From positions 1,344,001 to 1,408,000 of the forward strand of contig OZ243961.1 of the NCBI GenBank assembly GCA_965214605.1: 64,000 nucleotides of DNA. The letters run 5' to 3'. Position 1 is the stretch's first letter. The number at the start of each line of letters is the position of its first letter. The notes under the pieces are model-generated. The model was not told the DNA's origin and did no database searches. It saw nothing but the letters and a program-made list of their open reading frames with translations. This DNA is from an uncultured Candidatus Binatia bacterium (GTDB taxonomy: Bacteria > Desulfobacterota > Binatia > Bin18). The position numbers and the translations under genes were made by a program. Below, one piece after another: positions 44,136-55,777 of this stretch.

Positions 44136-44621
44136 ATGGAACTGCCTATTACCAAACGGCTCAGGCAAGAACTCGAAGAACTCTATCATGAACTGAACGT
44201 GAAGATTCCAAAAGATCTCCAAGAGGCAGCAGCTCATGGTGATCTGAGTGAAAATGCTGAGTATGAGGCTGCCCGTGCCCGGCAAGACTTCGTCCAGGCC
44301 CGCATTGCGCACTATGAAGAGCGGATAAGCCAGTTATCCCTGTACGATTTATCGAGTGTCCCAAAAGATGTGGTCGCATATGGCAGTCGCGTCAAACTCG
44401 AAGACATCGACAGCGGAGAGATCGTTGAATATCGCATCGTCTTTCCCGAGGAAGTCGATCCCGCCAGCGGCAAGATCTCCCTCCATTCGCCGATTGGCCA
44501 AGCACTGCTGCATAAATCTGTTGATGACGAGGCAGAGGTACAGACCCCTCAGGGCAAACGCATATACGAAATCATTGAGCTGATCACTATGCACGAGCTC
44601 AACGACGATCTTGACCGGTGA
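44136..44621 (+). CDS. greA: Transcription elongation factor GreA
   Basis: HGDLSENAEYEAA, IS..SPIGQAL. Confidence 0.93.
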   Translation: MELPITKRLRQELEELYHELNVKIPKDLQEAAAHGDLSENAEYEAARARQDFVQARIAHYEERISQLSLYDLSSVPKDVVAYGSRVKLEDIDSGEIVEYRIVFPEEVDPASGKISLHSPIGQALLHKSVDDEAEVQTPQGKRIYEIIELITMHELNDDLDR

Positions 44622-44705
44622 AGAGCGCGTTGGGTCACAAAATTGTATCCCTCGGCTCTTGCGCACCAGCCGCAGATCGTCTAAAGTGCAGATGGAGGTA
44701 GGAGG

Positions 44706-44734
44706 AAAAGTGGGCCGGTGCCCACTTTTTTTTT
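44706..44734 (+). terminator. rimP leader hairpin/attenuator
   Basis: AAAAGTGGGC-CGGT-GCCCACTTTTTTTTT immediately before the rimP SD; GTGGG/CCCAC hairpins are commonly seen at this position. Confidence 0.75.
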
Positions 44735-44738
44735 GGAG

Positions 44739-45260
44739 ATGCAGTCTGGAGACCAAGATATTATCCGGCAAGTCGAGCGTATCGCGGCTGGTATAGTAGC
44801 AGCTGCGGGCTGCGAAATCTGGGAGATTGTCTTTCGATCAGAAGCCCGACAATGGGTATTGCGGATCACCCTCGACCGAGAAGATGGCGTCCCGCTTGAT
44901 GAACTGACGCAGATTCACCGGGAACTGAGCGATGTGCTCGACGCCCACGACACCATCCCCCGATGGTATACGCTTGAAGTGTCTTCGCCTGGTATTAACC
45001 GTCCGCTGCTCCGTCCAAGCCACTATACCCGCTATCTCGGCCAGCGAATTCGTCTCCAAACAAAAAATGTCCAACATGGTCGACGGACATTTACCGGACT
45101 GCTGAGAGAAACGGATGAGCGTCAGGTCAGTATTGAAGACAAGTCTCTTGGCGTAGTACATATTTCCTGGCAGGCGATAGCTAAAGCGTACGTTGATTAT
45201 GAGTTTCCGGTTGGAGGACAGAAGAAAAAAAACGTTGGGCGACAGAAATCGGCCCCATAG
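44739..45260 (+). CDS. rimP: Ribosome maturation factor RimP
   Basis: LRITLD...GV.LD, YTLEVSSPGINRPL. Confidence 0.95.
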   Translation: MQSGDQDIIRQVERIAAGIVAAAGCEIWEIVFRSEARQWVLRITLDREDGVPLDELTQIHRELSDVLDAHDTIPRWYTLEVSSPGINRPLLRPSHYTRYLGQRIRLQTKNVQHGRRTFTGLLRETDERQVSIEDKSLGVVHISWQAIAKAYVDYEFPVGGQKKKNVGRQKSAP

Positions 45261-45274
45261 GGAGAACACGAGCT

Positions 45275-46675
45275 ATGCAGCCAGATCTCAATCGGGTGAT
45301 CGAACAGGTCAGCAAAGAAAAAGGCATGGATCGTCAGGTCATCATCGAAGCCATCGAGAGCGCCATGCTGTCCGCGGCTAGACGCACCTTTGGCCAAAAG
45401 CAGATTGAGGCTAAATTTAATACAGAAATTGGCGAGGTGGAGCTGTTCGAAATCAGGACGGTCGTGCAGACCATTACCGACCCGGAAACCGAGATCACCC
45501 TTGCTGATGCCCAGGCCAATATGGATCCCGAAGCCCAAGAGGGCGATGACTTACTCAGCAAGTTGCCAGCCACCTCGTTTGGCCGAATTGCCGCTCAGGT
45601 GGCCAAGCAAAGTGTGATCCAGAAAGTACGGGAAGCCGAACGCGAGCTGATTTATAACGAATTTCTTGATCGCAAAGGCGAAATATTCTCCGGCATCGTG
45701 CAGCGCATCGAGCGTAAGAACATTATTGTAAACCTCGGCCGAACTGACGCAGTACTACCAGAAAAAGAACAAATCCCCTGGGAACGGTATAGGCAGGGAG
45801 ACCGCATTCGCGCCTTTGTTCTGGATGTCGAGATGTCACATAAAGGCCCCCAGATTGTTCTGTCCCGCACCCATCCCGGTTTTCTGATCAAACTCTTTGA
45901 GCAAGAAGCGCCCGAGGTCTACGAAGGGATTATCGAAATTAAAGGGGCGGCCCGCGAGCCGGGCAGCCGGGCCAAGATTGCCGTCCATTCCACCGATCCG
46001 GACGTTGACCCCGTCGGAGCTTGCGTGGGCATGAAGGGCACGCGAGTTCAAGCCGTCGTGCAAGAACTTCGTGGCGAGCGGGTTGATATCGTGCCTTGGA
46101 CCCCTGACCCGGCCGAATATGTCTGCCGGGCTATCTTGCCAGCCAAGGTGTCCAAGATTATCCTCGATGAAGACGATCACGCTATGGAAATCATCGTTCC
46201 AGACGACCAGCTGTCCTTAGCCATTGGCAAAAAAGGCCAGAACATCCGTCTCGCGTCCCGTTTAACAGAGTGGCGGCTTGATGTCCGCTCGGAATCTGAG
46301 GTTGAACTAGAACGCGCGCGGGCCTTAGAGTCGTTGACCAGCGTGGCGGGTATTGGCGATCTGACCGCAGAACTCTTATATCAACAGGGCTATAAATCAG
46401 CCGCAGATGTGGCGGAAGCCGATACGGCCGCGCTGGCTGAGCTAGAGGGAATCGAAGCGGATAAGGCGCAAGCCATCCTCCAGGCCGTTCACGACTACGT
46501 TGCCGAGCAGGCCGCAACGGAAGCCGAAAATCAGGAATCAAGTGACGCGCCGGACGGGGTGGGAGACAGATCGGTCGATGGTCAGGCGGCTGGGCGGACA
46601 GATGGCCCTCAAGAAGCCTTGCTGGCCCAAGCTACAGGAGTGGAAAGTGTAGAAACCCCATCGGAAGAAGTATGA
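45275..46675 (+). CDS. nusA: Transcription termination factor NusA
   Basis: FGRIAAQ, AREPG.RAKIAV, DPVGACVG, LSLAIGKKGQN. Confidence 0.98.
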   Translation: MQPDLNRVIEQVSKEKGMDRQVIIEAIESAMLSAARRTFGQKQIEAKFNTEIGEVELFEIRTVVQTITDPETEITLADAQANMDPEAQEGDDLLSKLPATSFGRIAAQVAKQSVIQKVREAERELIYNEFLDRKGEIFSGIVQRIERKNIIVNLGRTDAVLPEKEQIPWERYRQGDRIRAFVLDVEMSHKGPQIVLSRTHPGFLIKLFEQEAPEVYEGIIEIKGAAREPGSRAKIAVHSTDPDVDPVGACVGMKGTRVQAVVQELRGERVDIVPWTPDPAEYVCRAILPAKVSKIILDEDDHAMEIIVPDDQLSLAIGKKGQNIRLASRLTEWRLDVRSESEVELERARALESLTSVAGIGDLTAELLYQQGYKSAADVAEADTAALAELEGIEADKAQAILQAVHDYVAEQAATEAENQESSDAPDGVGDRSVDGQAAGRTDGPQEALLAQATGVESVETPSEEV

Positions 46676-46938
46676 GGCGGACCAATCCTATACGTCGCTG
46701 TGTTGGCTGCGGAAAGCGTGAGAGGCAGGAACGCTTGTTCCGCTTTGCCCAGGGCCGAGACGGGCTCCTCCAGCCCGGACCGAGCGCAGGCCGAGGAGCT
46801 TACCTCCATCCGCGTCGTTCATGTCTCAATGCTTTTACGAATGCTCGCTCAAGCTTTGTTCGCTCGCTCAAGACAACGGTCTCACGAGAAGTCCGAGAAC
46901 GCTACGCCGGCCTGATTGAGAACAGCCTGATACTGTGA
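46672..46938 (+). CDS. ylxR: YlxR/DUF448 RNA-binding protein
   Basis: [14 protein letters not shown]; lies between nusA and infB. Confidence 0.88.
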   Translation: MRRTNPIRRCVGCGKRERQERLFRFAQGRDGLLQPGPSAGRGAYLHPRRSCLNAFTNARSSFVRSLKTTVSREVRERYAGLIENSLIL

Positions 46939-46957
46939 CCGGAGGGAATGCGGGTAT

Positions 46958-49903
46958 ATGCCACGAAAGCGCATCCATGAATTGGCCAAGGAATTGGGGT
47001 TAGAGACCCGTCAGCTCATCGCGAAGCTTGAGCTTATAGGGGTGAAAGGGAAAAAGCCCCAGAGTACGCTGACCGATGATGAGCTCGCCCTGCTACGCGC
47101 CAGAGAGACTCCGCAGCCAACTCCAAACCTCGTTTTGGGAGAGGAAAAACTCGTCGCAGAACGCGTGGTGACTGAGGTCGACCAAAACGAGCACCGCGTG
47201 ACTTCTCGCGAGGAAGTGCGTGAGAGCCGTATCAAACCCAATATCATTCGGCGTCGGACAAAACGGGTTGAAATGCATGAGGAAGCGGCCCCACCCGCAG
47301 AGCCGGTTTTCACAGCCCCCTCTCTTGATGAGCCTTTTTCTGCACCGCCGCCGATCGCTTTTGATTTGCCAGACCCGGTTCCAACCGGTCTGCCACAGCA
47401 GCCGACGGTCTTCTCCTCGGTGTCGCAAGAGCCAACCACCCCTACAGCTCTGATTCCGGAACCTCCCAAAGACGCCTCCGAGCCGCCCGCTCCTGCACTC
47501 CCACCGGTCGATGAATTAGAAGAGCTGTCAACCCCGGTCCAGCAGCCGCCCGTTGACGTCTCAGCTCCAGACGGATCAGAGGTAAGCCAGACCGCCGCAA
47601 AACCGCTGACCGTCCCCCCAACCGAAGACCTCTCGGGCGATAGACCAGATGGAGGTCTGGCGACCGAAGCTCAGGAATTGACCCAGCGCGAGATTTCACC
47701 CTCACCCCCAGACCAGCCGGATCAGACCGGGTCGGCAGACCAGGAGAAGATGGCGGTCGCCCCTGCCAAAACAGCCCAGGCTCCGGCCCTGCGTTCGGCC
47801 CGGGTCCTGGGCCGTATCGATCTTGGCAAACTGCAAGAGGCAAAACCCAGCCGTCCAGAAGTCAAGGCTCCGGCCCCCTCGCCCGCGTCTCAACCGGTCG
47901 CCTTTCGGGAACCGCTGCGAAACGGCAGAGATATACCGCCCACCAGCCTGCCCAAAAAGGGGAAAAAGCGCAAAATCATACGTAAATCCGAACTCCAGGA
48001 AACCCCTGAGCTTGATGTTCGCATGACCCGTGGTGGGGCCAAAAAACGCCGTGTCCAGCCCGGGAAAGAACAGCGTCAGACCGAAATCACCGTTCCCAAG
48101 GCCAGTAAGCGCGTGATTCGTATCTCTGAGGTCATTACGGTCGGCGATTTAGCCAGACAGATGGGCGTCAAGGCCGCGGAGGTCATCAGGAAGCTCATGG
48201 GCCTTGGTCTAATGGCAACGATTAATCAAGTTCTTGACATGGACACCGCGGCCTTAGTCGCCAGTGAGTTCGAGTATACGATTGAAAACGTCGCCTTTGA
48301 CGTCGATTCGGTCTTGGAAGACAGCCATGAGCCGGTTGAAGACGAAGGCCAGCTTGAGGTTCGCCCACCAGTTGTAACCATCATGGGCCATGTCGATCAT
48401 GGGAAAACGTCTCTCCTAGACATGATCCGTCAGACCAATGTAACCGCCCAGGAGCACGGTGGCATTACCCAACATATTGGCGCCTATAGTGTTGAGGTGG
48501 ACGGCCGCAGCCTGACCTTTCTCGATACGCCAGGCCATGAAGCCTTCACCGCCATGCGGGCGCGTGGAGCCGAAGTCACCGATATCGTGACCCTCATTGT
48601 GGCCGCCGATGACGGCATCATGCCGCAGACTGTCGAGGCGATCAACCACGCCCGCGCGGCAGACGTGCCGATCATTGTGGCGATCAATAAAATTGATAAA
48701 CCCGGCGCTGACCCGGACCGCGTCAAACGCGAACTGATGAATCATAGTCTGCTGGCCGAGGACCTTGGCGGCGATGTGATCGTTGCCCCAGTATCGGCCC
48801 TGACCGGAGAAGGTATTCCCGAGCTGTTGGAAATGATTCTGCTCCAGGCCGATATCATGGAGCTGCGTTCTCACCCCGACAAGCTTGCTCGGGGTATTAT
48901 TGTTGAAGCAAAACTTGACCGCGGCCGTGGTCCGGTCGCCACTGTGTTAGTCCAAGAAGGTGAGCTCAAAATTGGCGATCCATTTGTGTGCGGCATCGAG
49001 CACGGTCGCGTTCGCGCCATGCTCGATAGTTGGGGCCATAAAGTTGACAAAGCATCGTCGTCCATGCCGGTTGAGATTCTGGGACTGACCGGAGTGCCGG
49101 AGGCTGGGGACTCTTTTGTCGTCCTCAACGATGAGGCCAAAGCGCGTCAGGTCACCGAACATCGGCGTTCCAAACGACGAGAGACCGAGCTGGCAAAAAA
49201 CACAACGCGAGCCTCACTCGAAGACTTTCACCAGCAGGTCCAGACCGGCGAGGTGAAGGATCTCCGGATTATTATCAAGGGAGATGTTCAGGGTTCAATC
49301 GAAGCCGTCAGCGACGCCCTCAATCGCCTGTCGACAGATGAGGTCAAGGTCTCTATCTTGCACGCCTCGCCCGGCGGCATTACCGAGTCAGACGTCCTGT
49401 TGGCAACCGCCTCCAAGGGCATAATCATCGGTTTTAATGTTCGAGCCGAGAGCAATGCCGCCCGTATGGCCGAACGAGAAGGAATCGAAATTCGGCTCTA
49501 CAATGTCATCTACGAACTGATTGAAGATATCCGAGCCGCCCTCGAAGGCTTGCTTGAGCCGGTCTATGAGGAGAAACTTCTCGGGCAGGCTGAGGTTCGA
49601 CAGGTCTTCACGATCTCCCGTTTGGGGATGATCGCCGGCTGCTTTATCAATGAGGGACGCGTCCAGCGCGGTGCCCAGGCCAGACTCCTACGCGATCAAA
49701 AAATCGTCTACGAGGGAAACATCGCCACTCTCAAGCGCTTCAAGGATGATGTCCGAGAAGTGTTGGCCGGCACCGAGTGTGGCGTCGGGCTAGAGAACTG
49801 TAAAGACATACAGTCCGGAGATGCTCTCGAGATTTACGAGCTTGAGCAAGTGCTACGCCGTCTTGAGCCCAAACCGCGCCTAGAAACACAACCGCGCATT
49901 TGA
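46958..49903 (+). CDS. infB: Translation initiation factor IF-2
   Basis: [46 protein letters not shown]. Confidence 0.98.
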   Translation: MPRKRIHELAKELGLETRQLIAKLELIGVKGKKPQSTLTDDELALLRARETPQPTPNLVLGEEKLVAERVVTEVDQNEHRVTSREEVRESRIKPNIIRRRTKRVEMHEEAAPPAEPVFTAPSLDEPFSAPPPIAFDLPDPVPTGLPQQPTVFSSVSQEPTTPTALIPEPPKDASEPPAPALPPVDELEELSTPVQQPPVDVSAPDGSEVSQTAAKPLTVPPTEDLSGDRPDGGLATEAQELTQREISPSPPDQPDQTGSADQEKMAVAPAKTAQAPALRSARVLGRIDLGKLQEAKPSRPEVKAPAPSPASQPVAFREPLRNGRDIPPTSLPKKGKKRKIIRKSELQETPELDVRMTRGGAKKRRVQPGKEQRQTEITVPKASKRVIRISEVITVGDLARQMGVKAAEVIRKLMGLGLMATINQVLDMDTAALVASEFEYTIENVAFDVDSVLEDSHEPVEDEGQLEVRPPVVTIMGHVDHGKTSLLDMIRQTNVTAQEHGGITQHIGAYSVEVDGRSLTFLDTPGHEAFTAMRARGAEVTDIVTLIVAADDGIMPQTVEAINHARAADVPIIVAINKIDKPGADPDRVKRELMNHSLLAEDLGGDVIVAPVSALTGEGIPELLEMILLQADIMELRSHPDKLARGIIVEAKLDRGRGPVATVLVQEGELKIGDPFVCGIEHGRVRAMLDSWGHKVDKASSSMPVEILGLTGVPEAGDSFVVLNDEAKARQVTEHRRSKRRETELAKNTTRASLEDFHQQVQTGEVKDLRIIIKGDVQGSIEAVSDALNRLSTDEVKVSILHASPGGITESDVLLATASKGIIIGFNVRAESNAARMAEREGIEIRLYNVIYELIEDIRAALEGLLEPVYEEKLLGQAEVRQVFTISRLGMIAGCFINEGRVQRGAQARLLRDQKIVYEGNIATLKRFKDDVREVLAGTECGVGLENCKDIQSGDALEIYELEQVLRRLEPKPRLETQPRI

Positions 49904-49943
49904 TCCAGCCAAGTCGGACCGGGTCTCAGTGACGAGGTGGAGC

Positions 49944-50231
49944 GTGGTCGTTGGTGTTTTACAGCTGGCCCTGTATATTGAGGCCAGTCATTCGCTCAAA
50001 GAGAAGCGGGGGGTCCTGCGCCGGATCAAGAACCGAGTTCGCAACGAGTTTAATGTTTCCATTGCTGAGTGTGGCGGACAGGACTTATGGCAAAAAGCCG
50101 TCCTCGGCATCTGCCAGGTCGGGACTGACCAAGTCTATATTGACGGTGGCCTACGGGCTGTTGTCCGCTTTATCGAAAAACTCCACCTGGCCGAGGTCGG
50201 TGAGGAAGCCATAGAGTTTTTGCATTACTAG
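49944..50231 (+). CDS. DUF503 (YlxP) family protein
   Basis: SLKEKR, FNVSIAE...QDLWQ; lies between infB and rbfA. Confidence 0.88.
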   Translation: MVVGVLQLALYIEASHSLKEKRGVLRRIKNRVRNEFNVSIAECGGQDLWQKAVLGICQVGTDQVYIDGGLRAVVRFIEKLHLAEVGEEAIEFLHY

Positions 50232-50232
50232 T

Positions 50233-50631
50233 ATGCCCTCTCGAAGACCCGAACGTGTCGGCGGCCTCCTGTTGGAGACGGTCGCAGATATTCTGCTCCG
50301 TGAGGTCAAAGACCCACGTGTGAGCGGCGTCATCCTGACCGCCGCCTCTATCAGCTCGGACCTCGGGGAGGCAAGGATTTTCTTCCGGACGCTTGGCTCT
50401 TCCCCGGACCGAACCGAGGTGGGAGCTGGTCTGAAAAGCGCCAGCTCATATATCCGACGCCAAATCGCCGGTCGTCTGCAGCTACGCCGCATTCCTCAGC
50501 TACGTTTTGTGTACGACACGAGTATTGATCAGGCAAACCATATGGAGTCGCTGTTTCAACAGGCGCGGGCCAAGAGCACCGCTCAAACCGCCTCAGCATC
50601 CCAAGAGAAAAAACCACAGTGTCCGGAGTAA
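50233..50631 (+). CDS. rbfA: Ribosome-binding factor A
   Basis: RPERV, VKDPR, S.DL..A, LRRIPQLRFVYD. Confidence 0.95.
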   Translation: MPSRRPERVGGLLLETVADILLREVKDPRVSGVILTAASISSDLGEARIFFRTLGSSPDRTEVGAGLKSASSYIRRQIAGRLQLRRIPQLRFVYDTSIDQANHMESLFQQARAKSTAQTASASQEKKPQCPE

Positions 50632-51506
50632 ATGGTATTCTGCTGGTTGATAAACCAGTTGGAATGACGTCCGCTGATGTCATCCGCAGCCTGAAAAAAA
50701 TCCTGCTCAAGAAGACAAAAATCGGTCATCTGGGGACTCTCGACCCGTTTGCCAGCGGAGTGTTGCCGGCGTGTATTGGCACTGGCACCAAAATCGCTCG
50801 GTTCCTGATGGCCGAAAATAAGGTGTATACAGGCACCCTTCGTCTTGGCGTTCAAACCGATACGCAGGACGGGACGGGGACGATTAGCCGTACGGCTCCG
50901 GTCCCCAACTATGACCGAGACGTCTTGCGTGATCTTGAGCGACGTTTCTGCGGAGACATTGTACAAATTCCGCCCATGTATTCAGCCATCAAGAAAAACG
51001 GCGTTCCGCTCTACAAGCTTGCCCGCCAGGGCCTTGTGATTGAGCGTCAGCCACGACCAGCGGTGATTCATAGCCTCAGCCTTGAGGCGCGAGACCGCGA
51101 CACCCTCGGCTTCTCAGTCAGCTGCTCCAAAGGCACCTATGTGCGGACTCTGGCCGCCGACCTTGGTACGGCCCTCGGCTGTGGTGCTCATCTGCTGAGC
51201 TTGAGACGCACCGCGTTTGGCTTGTTCAGACTGGCGAATAGCCTGCCTCTAGCCGTCGTCTTGGGAGAGCCGGAGCGACTGAAATCCGCTCTGCTGTCCC
51301 TGTCCCAGGCTTTAGGTCACTACCGCAGGCTCGAAGTTTCTCAGGCAGTGGCAAGCTCGTTGCGTCACGGCCAACAAGACCCCCTGCGCGAGCTGCCTCC
51401 CGCCTCAACTCCACACGAAATTATCCGGCTCGTCACTCCGGACGAAACTTTGGTCGCCCTAGCTCAATACCACCCTCCCCACTGGCGTCTGGCCCGGGTC
51501 TTGTAA
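50619..51506 (+). CDS. truB: tRNA pseudouridine(55) synthase
   Basis: DKP.GMTS, GHLGTLDPFASGVL, PPMYSAIK, CSKGTYVR. Confidence 0.96.
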   Translation: MSGVNGILLVDKPVGMTSADVIRSLKKILLKKTKIGHLGTLDPFASGVLPACIGTGTKIARFLMAENKVYTGTLRLGVQTDTQDGTGTISRTAPVPNYDRDVLRDLERRFCGDIVQIPPMYSAIKKNGVPLYKLARQGLVIERQPRPAVIHSLSLEARDRDTLGFSVSCSKGTYVRTLAADLGTALGCGAHLLSLRRTAFGLFRLANSLPLAVVLGEPERLKSALLSLSQALGHYRRLEVSQAVASSLRHGQQDPLRELPPASTPHEIIRLVTPDETLVALAQYHPPHWRLARVL

Positions 51507-51508
51507 GC

Positions 51509-51537
51509 TTTACAGTGTGAAAACAGCGTGTTAGGAT
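51509..51537 (+). promoter_or_regulatory. Putative sigma70 promoter for rpsO-pnp
   Basis: TTTACA-N17-TAGGAT about 40 nt upstream of the rpsO start. Confidence 0.6.
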
Positions 51538-51577
51538 TTTCGGCCTGTATATCCGAAAAGTGAGAAAAGGAGAGGTA

Positions 51578-51850
51578 ATGAGCGTGCAGACCGCCGCCCA
51601 GAAACTTGAGACGATCAAAGAGTACCGAACACATGAACAGGACACCGGTTCTCCGGAAGTCCAGATCGCTCTTTTGACCAAGCGGATCATCTATCTGACC
51701 GAGCATTTTAAAACCCACGCCAAAGATCACCACTCACGACGTGGCCTGCTCTTGTTGGTTGGCCGTCGTCGACGTTTGCTTGACTATCTTCGCGATATTG
51801 ATCCACAGCGTTACCGGACGATTGTCAATCGTCTCGGACTCCGCCGCTAG
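51578..51850 (+). CDS. rpsO: 30S ribosomal protein S15
   Basis: [23 protein letters not shown]. Confidence 0.98.
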   Translation: MSVQTAAQKLETIKEYRTHEQDTGSPEVQIALLTKRIIYLTEHFKTHAKDHHSRRGLLLLVGRRRRLLDYLRDIDPQRYRTIVNRLGLRR

Positions 51851-51915
51851 GTGAGCTGCGTTCTGCTTCTCAGCCGGGGCGCAGGCCCCCCAATTCTGTC
51901 ATCGTAAGGAGTTCT

Positions 51916-54018
51916 ATGTATAAAAAAATAGAAATGGAATTTTATGGGCGACCGCTGTCTATTGAGACCGGTCGCTGGGCCAAACAAGCCAGTGGTGCGG
52001 CAGTGGTATCCTACGGTGAAACCGTTATGCTGGTCACTGCCGTCGCCTCTACATCCGTCCGGGAGGGAGCCGATTTCTTCCCCCTGACCGTCGATTACCA
52101 AGAACGAACTTATGCGGCCGGTAAGATTCCGGGCGGCTTTATCAAACGCGAAGGTCGCCCTGCCGACCGAGAGATCCTGATCTCTCGGTTAACAGACCGG
52201 GCCATCCGTCCTTTATTTCCGAAAGAATTCAGGTGTGAAACTCAGCTGGTTGCATCCGTCTTATCGGTCGATCGTGAAAACGATGCCGATACCCTCTCCC
52301 TAATTGGTGCCTCAGCGGCGTTACATGTCTCAGACATCCCGTTTCGGGGCCCTATTGCTGGTGTTCGTATCGGGCGTCTGCATGGGAGGCTGGTGGTCAA
52401 CCCGACTCTCAGCCAGATCGAAGAGAGCGATATTAATCTGTTTGTCGCGGCTGGCCGCGACGCGATCATCATGGTCGAGGGTGGCGCCCGTGCCGTCCCA
52501 GAAGAGGACATGCTCGAAGCCCTCTTCTTAGCCCAAAGTGCTGTGGCTCCGGTCCTTGATGTCCAGGACGAACTGGCCCGTGTGGCCGGCAAGCCAAAAC
52601 GCAGCCTTGAGGTGGTCGTGCCCGATACCGGCCTGATCGACCGGGTTACCGAAGTGGCCACCCCAAAGCTTGAAAAGGCGCTGTTTATCCCGGCCAAACA
52701 TCAGCGCGGTGATGCAATTCACACGGCCGGAAGCGAGGTCTGGACCGCCCTGGCAGATGAGTATGCAGACCGAGAAAAGGATGTTGCCGAGGCGTTTGAA
52801 GACCTGACCAGCTCACTGCTGCGTACGGCGGTCGTCCGGGATAACCGCCGTGTAGACGGGCGTAGCCCGGCCGATATCCGTCCCATCACGTGCGAGGTTG
52901 GCGTACTCCCGCGCACGCATGGCTCGGCCGTATTCACCCGTGGCGAAACTCAAGCCCTGGTTGTTGCGACTCTGGGGACGGCCTCAGATGAACAACGGGT
53001 CGACAGTCTAACCGGTGAACATGCAAAACGCTTCATGCTGCACTACAATTTTCCGCCCTTCAGCGTGGGCGAGGTCCGCCCCATGCGCAATCCGGGTCGG
53101 CGTGAGATTGGCCACGGAACGCTGGCCGAACGTGCCCTGTCCGCGGTCCAGCCGACAGCAGCCACATTTCCCTATACCATCCGTGTTGTGTCAGAAATCC
53201 TTGAATCGAACGGTTCGTCTTCTATGGCCAGCGTGTGCGGTGGTACCTTGGCGCTGATGGACGCCGGTGTACCCATCACCTCCCCAGTTGCCGGCATTGC
53301 GATGGGCTTGATCAAGGAGGGCGAGGAGGTGCGCATCCTGAGCGATATCCTAGGCGATGAAGACCATCTAGGTGACATGGACTTCAAGGTCACCGGGACA
53401 ACCGAAGGGATTACTGCCCTTCAGATGGATATCAAGATCTCAGGCGTCACGCGTGAGATCATGCGCCAGGCCCTGTATCAGGCTCGAGAAGGCCGCCTCC
53501 ATATCCTGACCGAAATGGTCCGCGCCCTCCAAGCGCCCCGGACAACAGTGGCCGCCTCTGCCCCACGCATCCATACTATCAAGATCAACCCAGATAAAAT
53601 CCGCGACATTATCGGCCCAGGCGGCAAGACGATTCGCTCAATTGTTGAGGAAACCGGAGCCAAGATTGATGTGGAAGACGGCGGCACGGTATACATCGCC
53701 TCGCCCGATACCGAGTCTTTAGAAAAAGCTTTGTCCAAGATTGAACGGATCACGGCAGAAGCTGAGATCGGGCAGGTGTATAATGGCCTCGTCAAGAAAG
53801 TCGTTGATTTCGGAGCATTTGTAGAGATCTTACCCGGCCGAGAGGGCCTAGTTCATATCTCTCAACTCAGCGACGAGCGGGTGCGACGGGTCACCGACGT
53901 GGTCCAGGAAGGCGATGAAATCCCGGTCAAAGTCCTCGAAATTGATCGCCAGGGAAAAATCCGGCTCAGCCACAAAGATGCACTCGACGAACAGCAAAGG
54001 GCGGGCGGGAACAGCTAG
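51916..54018 (+). CDS. pnp: Polyribonucleotide nucleotidyltransferase
   Basis: [42 protein letters not shown] and S1 domains. Confidence 0.98.
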   Translation: MYKKIEMEFYGRPLSIETGRWAKQASGAAVVSYGETVMLVTAVASTSVREGADFFPLTVDYQERTYAAGKIPGGFIKREGRPADREILISRLTDRAIRPLFPKEFRCETQLVASVLSVDRENDADTLSLIGASAALHVSDIPFRGPIAGVRIGRLHGRLVVNPTLSQIEESDINLFVAAGRDAIIMVEGGARAVPEEDMLEALFLAQSAVAPVLDVQDELARVAGKPKRSLEVVVPDTGLIDRVTEVATPKLEKALFIPAKHQRGDAIHTAGSEVWTALADEYADREKDVAEAFEDLTSSLLRTAVVRDNRRVDGRSPADIRPITCEVGVLPRTHGSAVFTRGETQALVVATLGTASDEQRVDSLTGEHAKRFMLHYNFPPFSVGEVRPMRNPGRREIGHGTLAERALSAVQPTAATFPYTIRVVSEILESNGSSSMASVCGGTLALMDAGVPITSPVAGIAMGLIKEGEEVRILSDILGDEDHLGDMDFKVTGTTEGITALQMDIKISGVTREIMRQALYQAREGRLHILTEMVRALQAPRTTVAASAPRIHTIKINPDKIRDIIGPGGKTIRSIVEETGAKIDVEDGGTVYIASPDTESLEKALSKIERITAEAEIGQVYNGLVKKVVDFGAFVEILPGREGLVHISQLSDERVRRVTDVVQEGDEIPVKVLEIDRQGKIRLSHKDALDEQQRAGGNS

Positions 54019-55275
54019 ATGGTCCATCGTACGGTTCTCGACAATGGGCTACGCCTGCTGTCCCAAGAAGTCAAAGACATGCCCACTGTGACCGTGGGCG
54101 TGTGGGTTGAGAGCGGATCGCGCGATGAATCGTACCACCATAACGGGATATTCCACTTCCTAGAGCACCTCTTCTTTAAAGGCACGGCACGGCGTACCGC
54201 CTCCCAGATTGCCCAGGAAATCGATGCGGTCGGTGGTACGATCGACGCCTTTACCGGCAAAGAGTATACCTGCTACTACACACGTACCCTCAGCGAACAC
54301 CTACCGCGGGCTCTTGATCTGCTGACCGATATCCTCCTCCACTCGATCTTTCCGGACGAAGAGATTGAACACGAACGCTCGGTTATCTGCCAAGAGATTG
54401 CGCAGAGCGAAGATCAACCGGACGAGTTGATTGGTGATCTGTTTCATCTTGACTTCTGGCCCGATCATCCCCTGAGTTGGCCGATCACCGGCACGGTGGA
54501 TTCGGTCTCGCGGCTGCGGCGGGATGATTTGTTGAGCTACCGTCAACGCCACTACTGCCCTCAGCGCGTCTTTGTCAGCATGGCCGGCGGAGCTTCCCAT
54601 ATGACGCTGCTCGAAACGGTTGGACCGGCCCTGTCGAGCATGACGGGGACAGCCGACGCCCGCCATGACACTCCGCCCGTCACCCGTCCCGGGGTCTCAA
54701 TCCACCCGCGTGAGCTTGAACAAACGCATCTCAGCCTAGGCGTACCGTGTGTCTCACAGACCGCCTCTGCGTGGTATGCAGCCCACCTCCTCAACAACGT
54801 CCTAGGTGGCGGGATTAGCTCCCGCCTGTTTCAAGAAATTCGAGAGAAGCGCGGTCTAGTCTACGACATCAACTCGTTTCTGTTCTCAGGCCGAGACGCG
54901 GGCTATCTGGGAATCTATCTGTCTACGAGCCCTCACTCTGTCCCCGAGGCTCTGTGCTTGACCTGCAAAAGCCTGACCGATATTGCGCAGTCTGGAATCT
55001 TCGCCGAAGAGTTACAACGCGCCAAAAGTCAGACCAAAGGCAATCTGTTGCTCGACCTCGAAACGAGCGAAGCCTGGATGTACCGGGTGGCGCGGTGCGA
55101 AATGTGTTTTCAGCGCGATATGCCGATTGCCGAGGTCTTAGAAGACATAGAACGCGTCAGCCTCGAAGACGTGCAGACTTTGGCTGCCGAGTGTTTTCAG
55201 CCCAACAATCTGACCCTGACCCTGTTGGGTAAACCGCCTTCAGTGAGCGATTATCAGACGCTGATCAGCCTCTAA
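54019..55275 (+). CDS. M16 family (pitrilysin-like) zinc peptidase
   Basis: HFLEHLFFKGT (HxxEH), SSRLFQEIREKRGLVY. Confidence 0.93.
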   Translation: MVHRTVLDNGLRLLSQEVKDMPTVTVGVWVESGSRDESYHHNGIFHFLEHLFFKGTARRTASQIAQEIDAVGGTIDAFTGKEYTCYYTRTLSEHLPRALDLLTDILLHSIFPDEEIEHERSVICQEIAQSEDQPDELIGDLFHLDFWPDHPLSWPITGTVDSVSRLRRDDLLSYRQRHYCPQRVFVSMAGGASHMTLLETVGPALSSMTGTADARHDTPPVTRPGVSIHPRELEQTHLSLGVPCVSQTASAWYAAHLLNNVLGGGISSRLFQEIREKRGLVYDINSFLFSGRDAGYLGIYLSTSPHSVPEALCLTCKSLTDIAQSGIFAEELQRAKSQTKGNLLLDLETSEAWMYRVARCEMCFQRDMPIAEVLEDIERVSLEDVQTLAAECFQPNNLTLTLLGKPPSVSDYQTLISL

Positions 55276-55290
55276 TGTGGTAGGCCTGCG

Positions 55291-55743
55291 ATGAGCAAGA
55301 CCGTACGTGTCTCTATTACCCGCCTTCGTCACCAGCCCGATCCCCTACCTCTACCCCGCTATATGACGGCGGGTGCCGCAGGCATGGACCTCTACGCCGA
55401 TCCTCCAACCGACATCAGCCTGGCCCCGCTGGAGCGCTCCTTGATCCCAACCGGTTTTGCCCTGGCTCTGCCCAGCGGCTACGAAGCGCAGGTCCGGCCG
55501 CGCAGCGGCTTGGCTCTGCGTTCTGGTCTGACGGTCCTGAACACTCCCGGCACGATTGACGCCGACTATCGCAACGAGGTCAAAATCCTGGTCATCAATC
55601 TGAGCCAGCAGCCGGTCCACATCAAGCGCGGCGAGCGCATCGCCCAACTCGTTGTCGCTCCGGTGGCACGGGTTGATTGGCACGAAGTTGAAGAGCTCGC
55701 CACCAACGACCGGCGCGGCGGCTTTGGTCATACCGACCAGTAG
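55291..55743 (+). CDS. dut: dUTP diphosphatase
   Basis: AAGMDL, RPRSGLA, GTIDADYR, GERIAQ, GGFGHT. Confidence 0.97.
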   Translation: MSKTVRVSITRLRHQPDPLPLPRYMTAGAAGMDLYADPPTDISLAPLERSLIPTGFALALPSGYEAQVRPRSGLALRSGLTVLNTPGTIDADYRNEVKILVINLSQQPVHIKRGERIAQLVVAPVARVDWHEVEELATNDRRGGFGHTDQ

Positions 55744-55777
55744 CGTTTTTCCAGCTTCAACGGATCATCCCTTCGCT

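Noticed and set aside
47260-47960. Pro/Glu-rich low-complexity tract in infB
   Set aside because: Ordinary variable N-terminal region of IF-2
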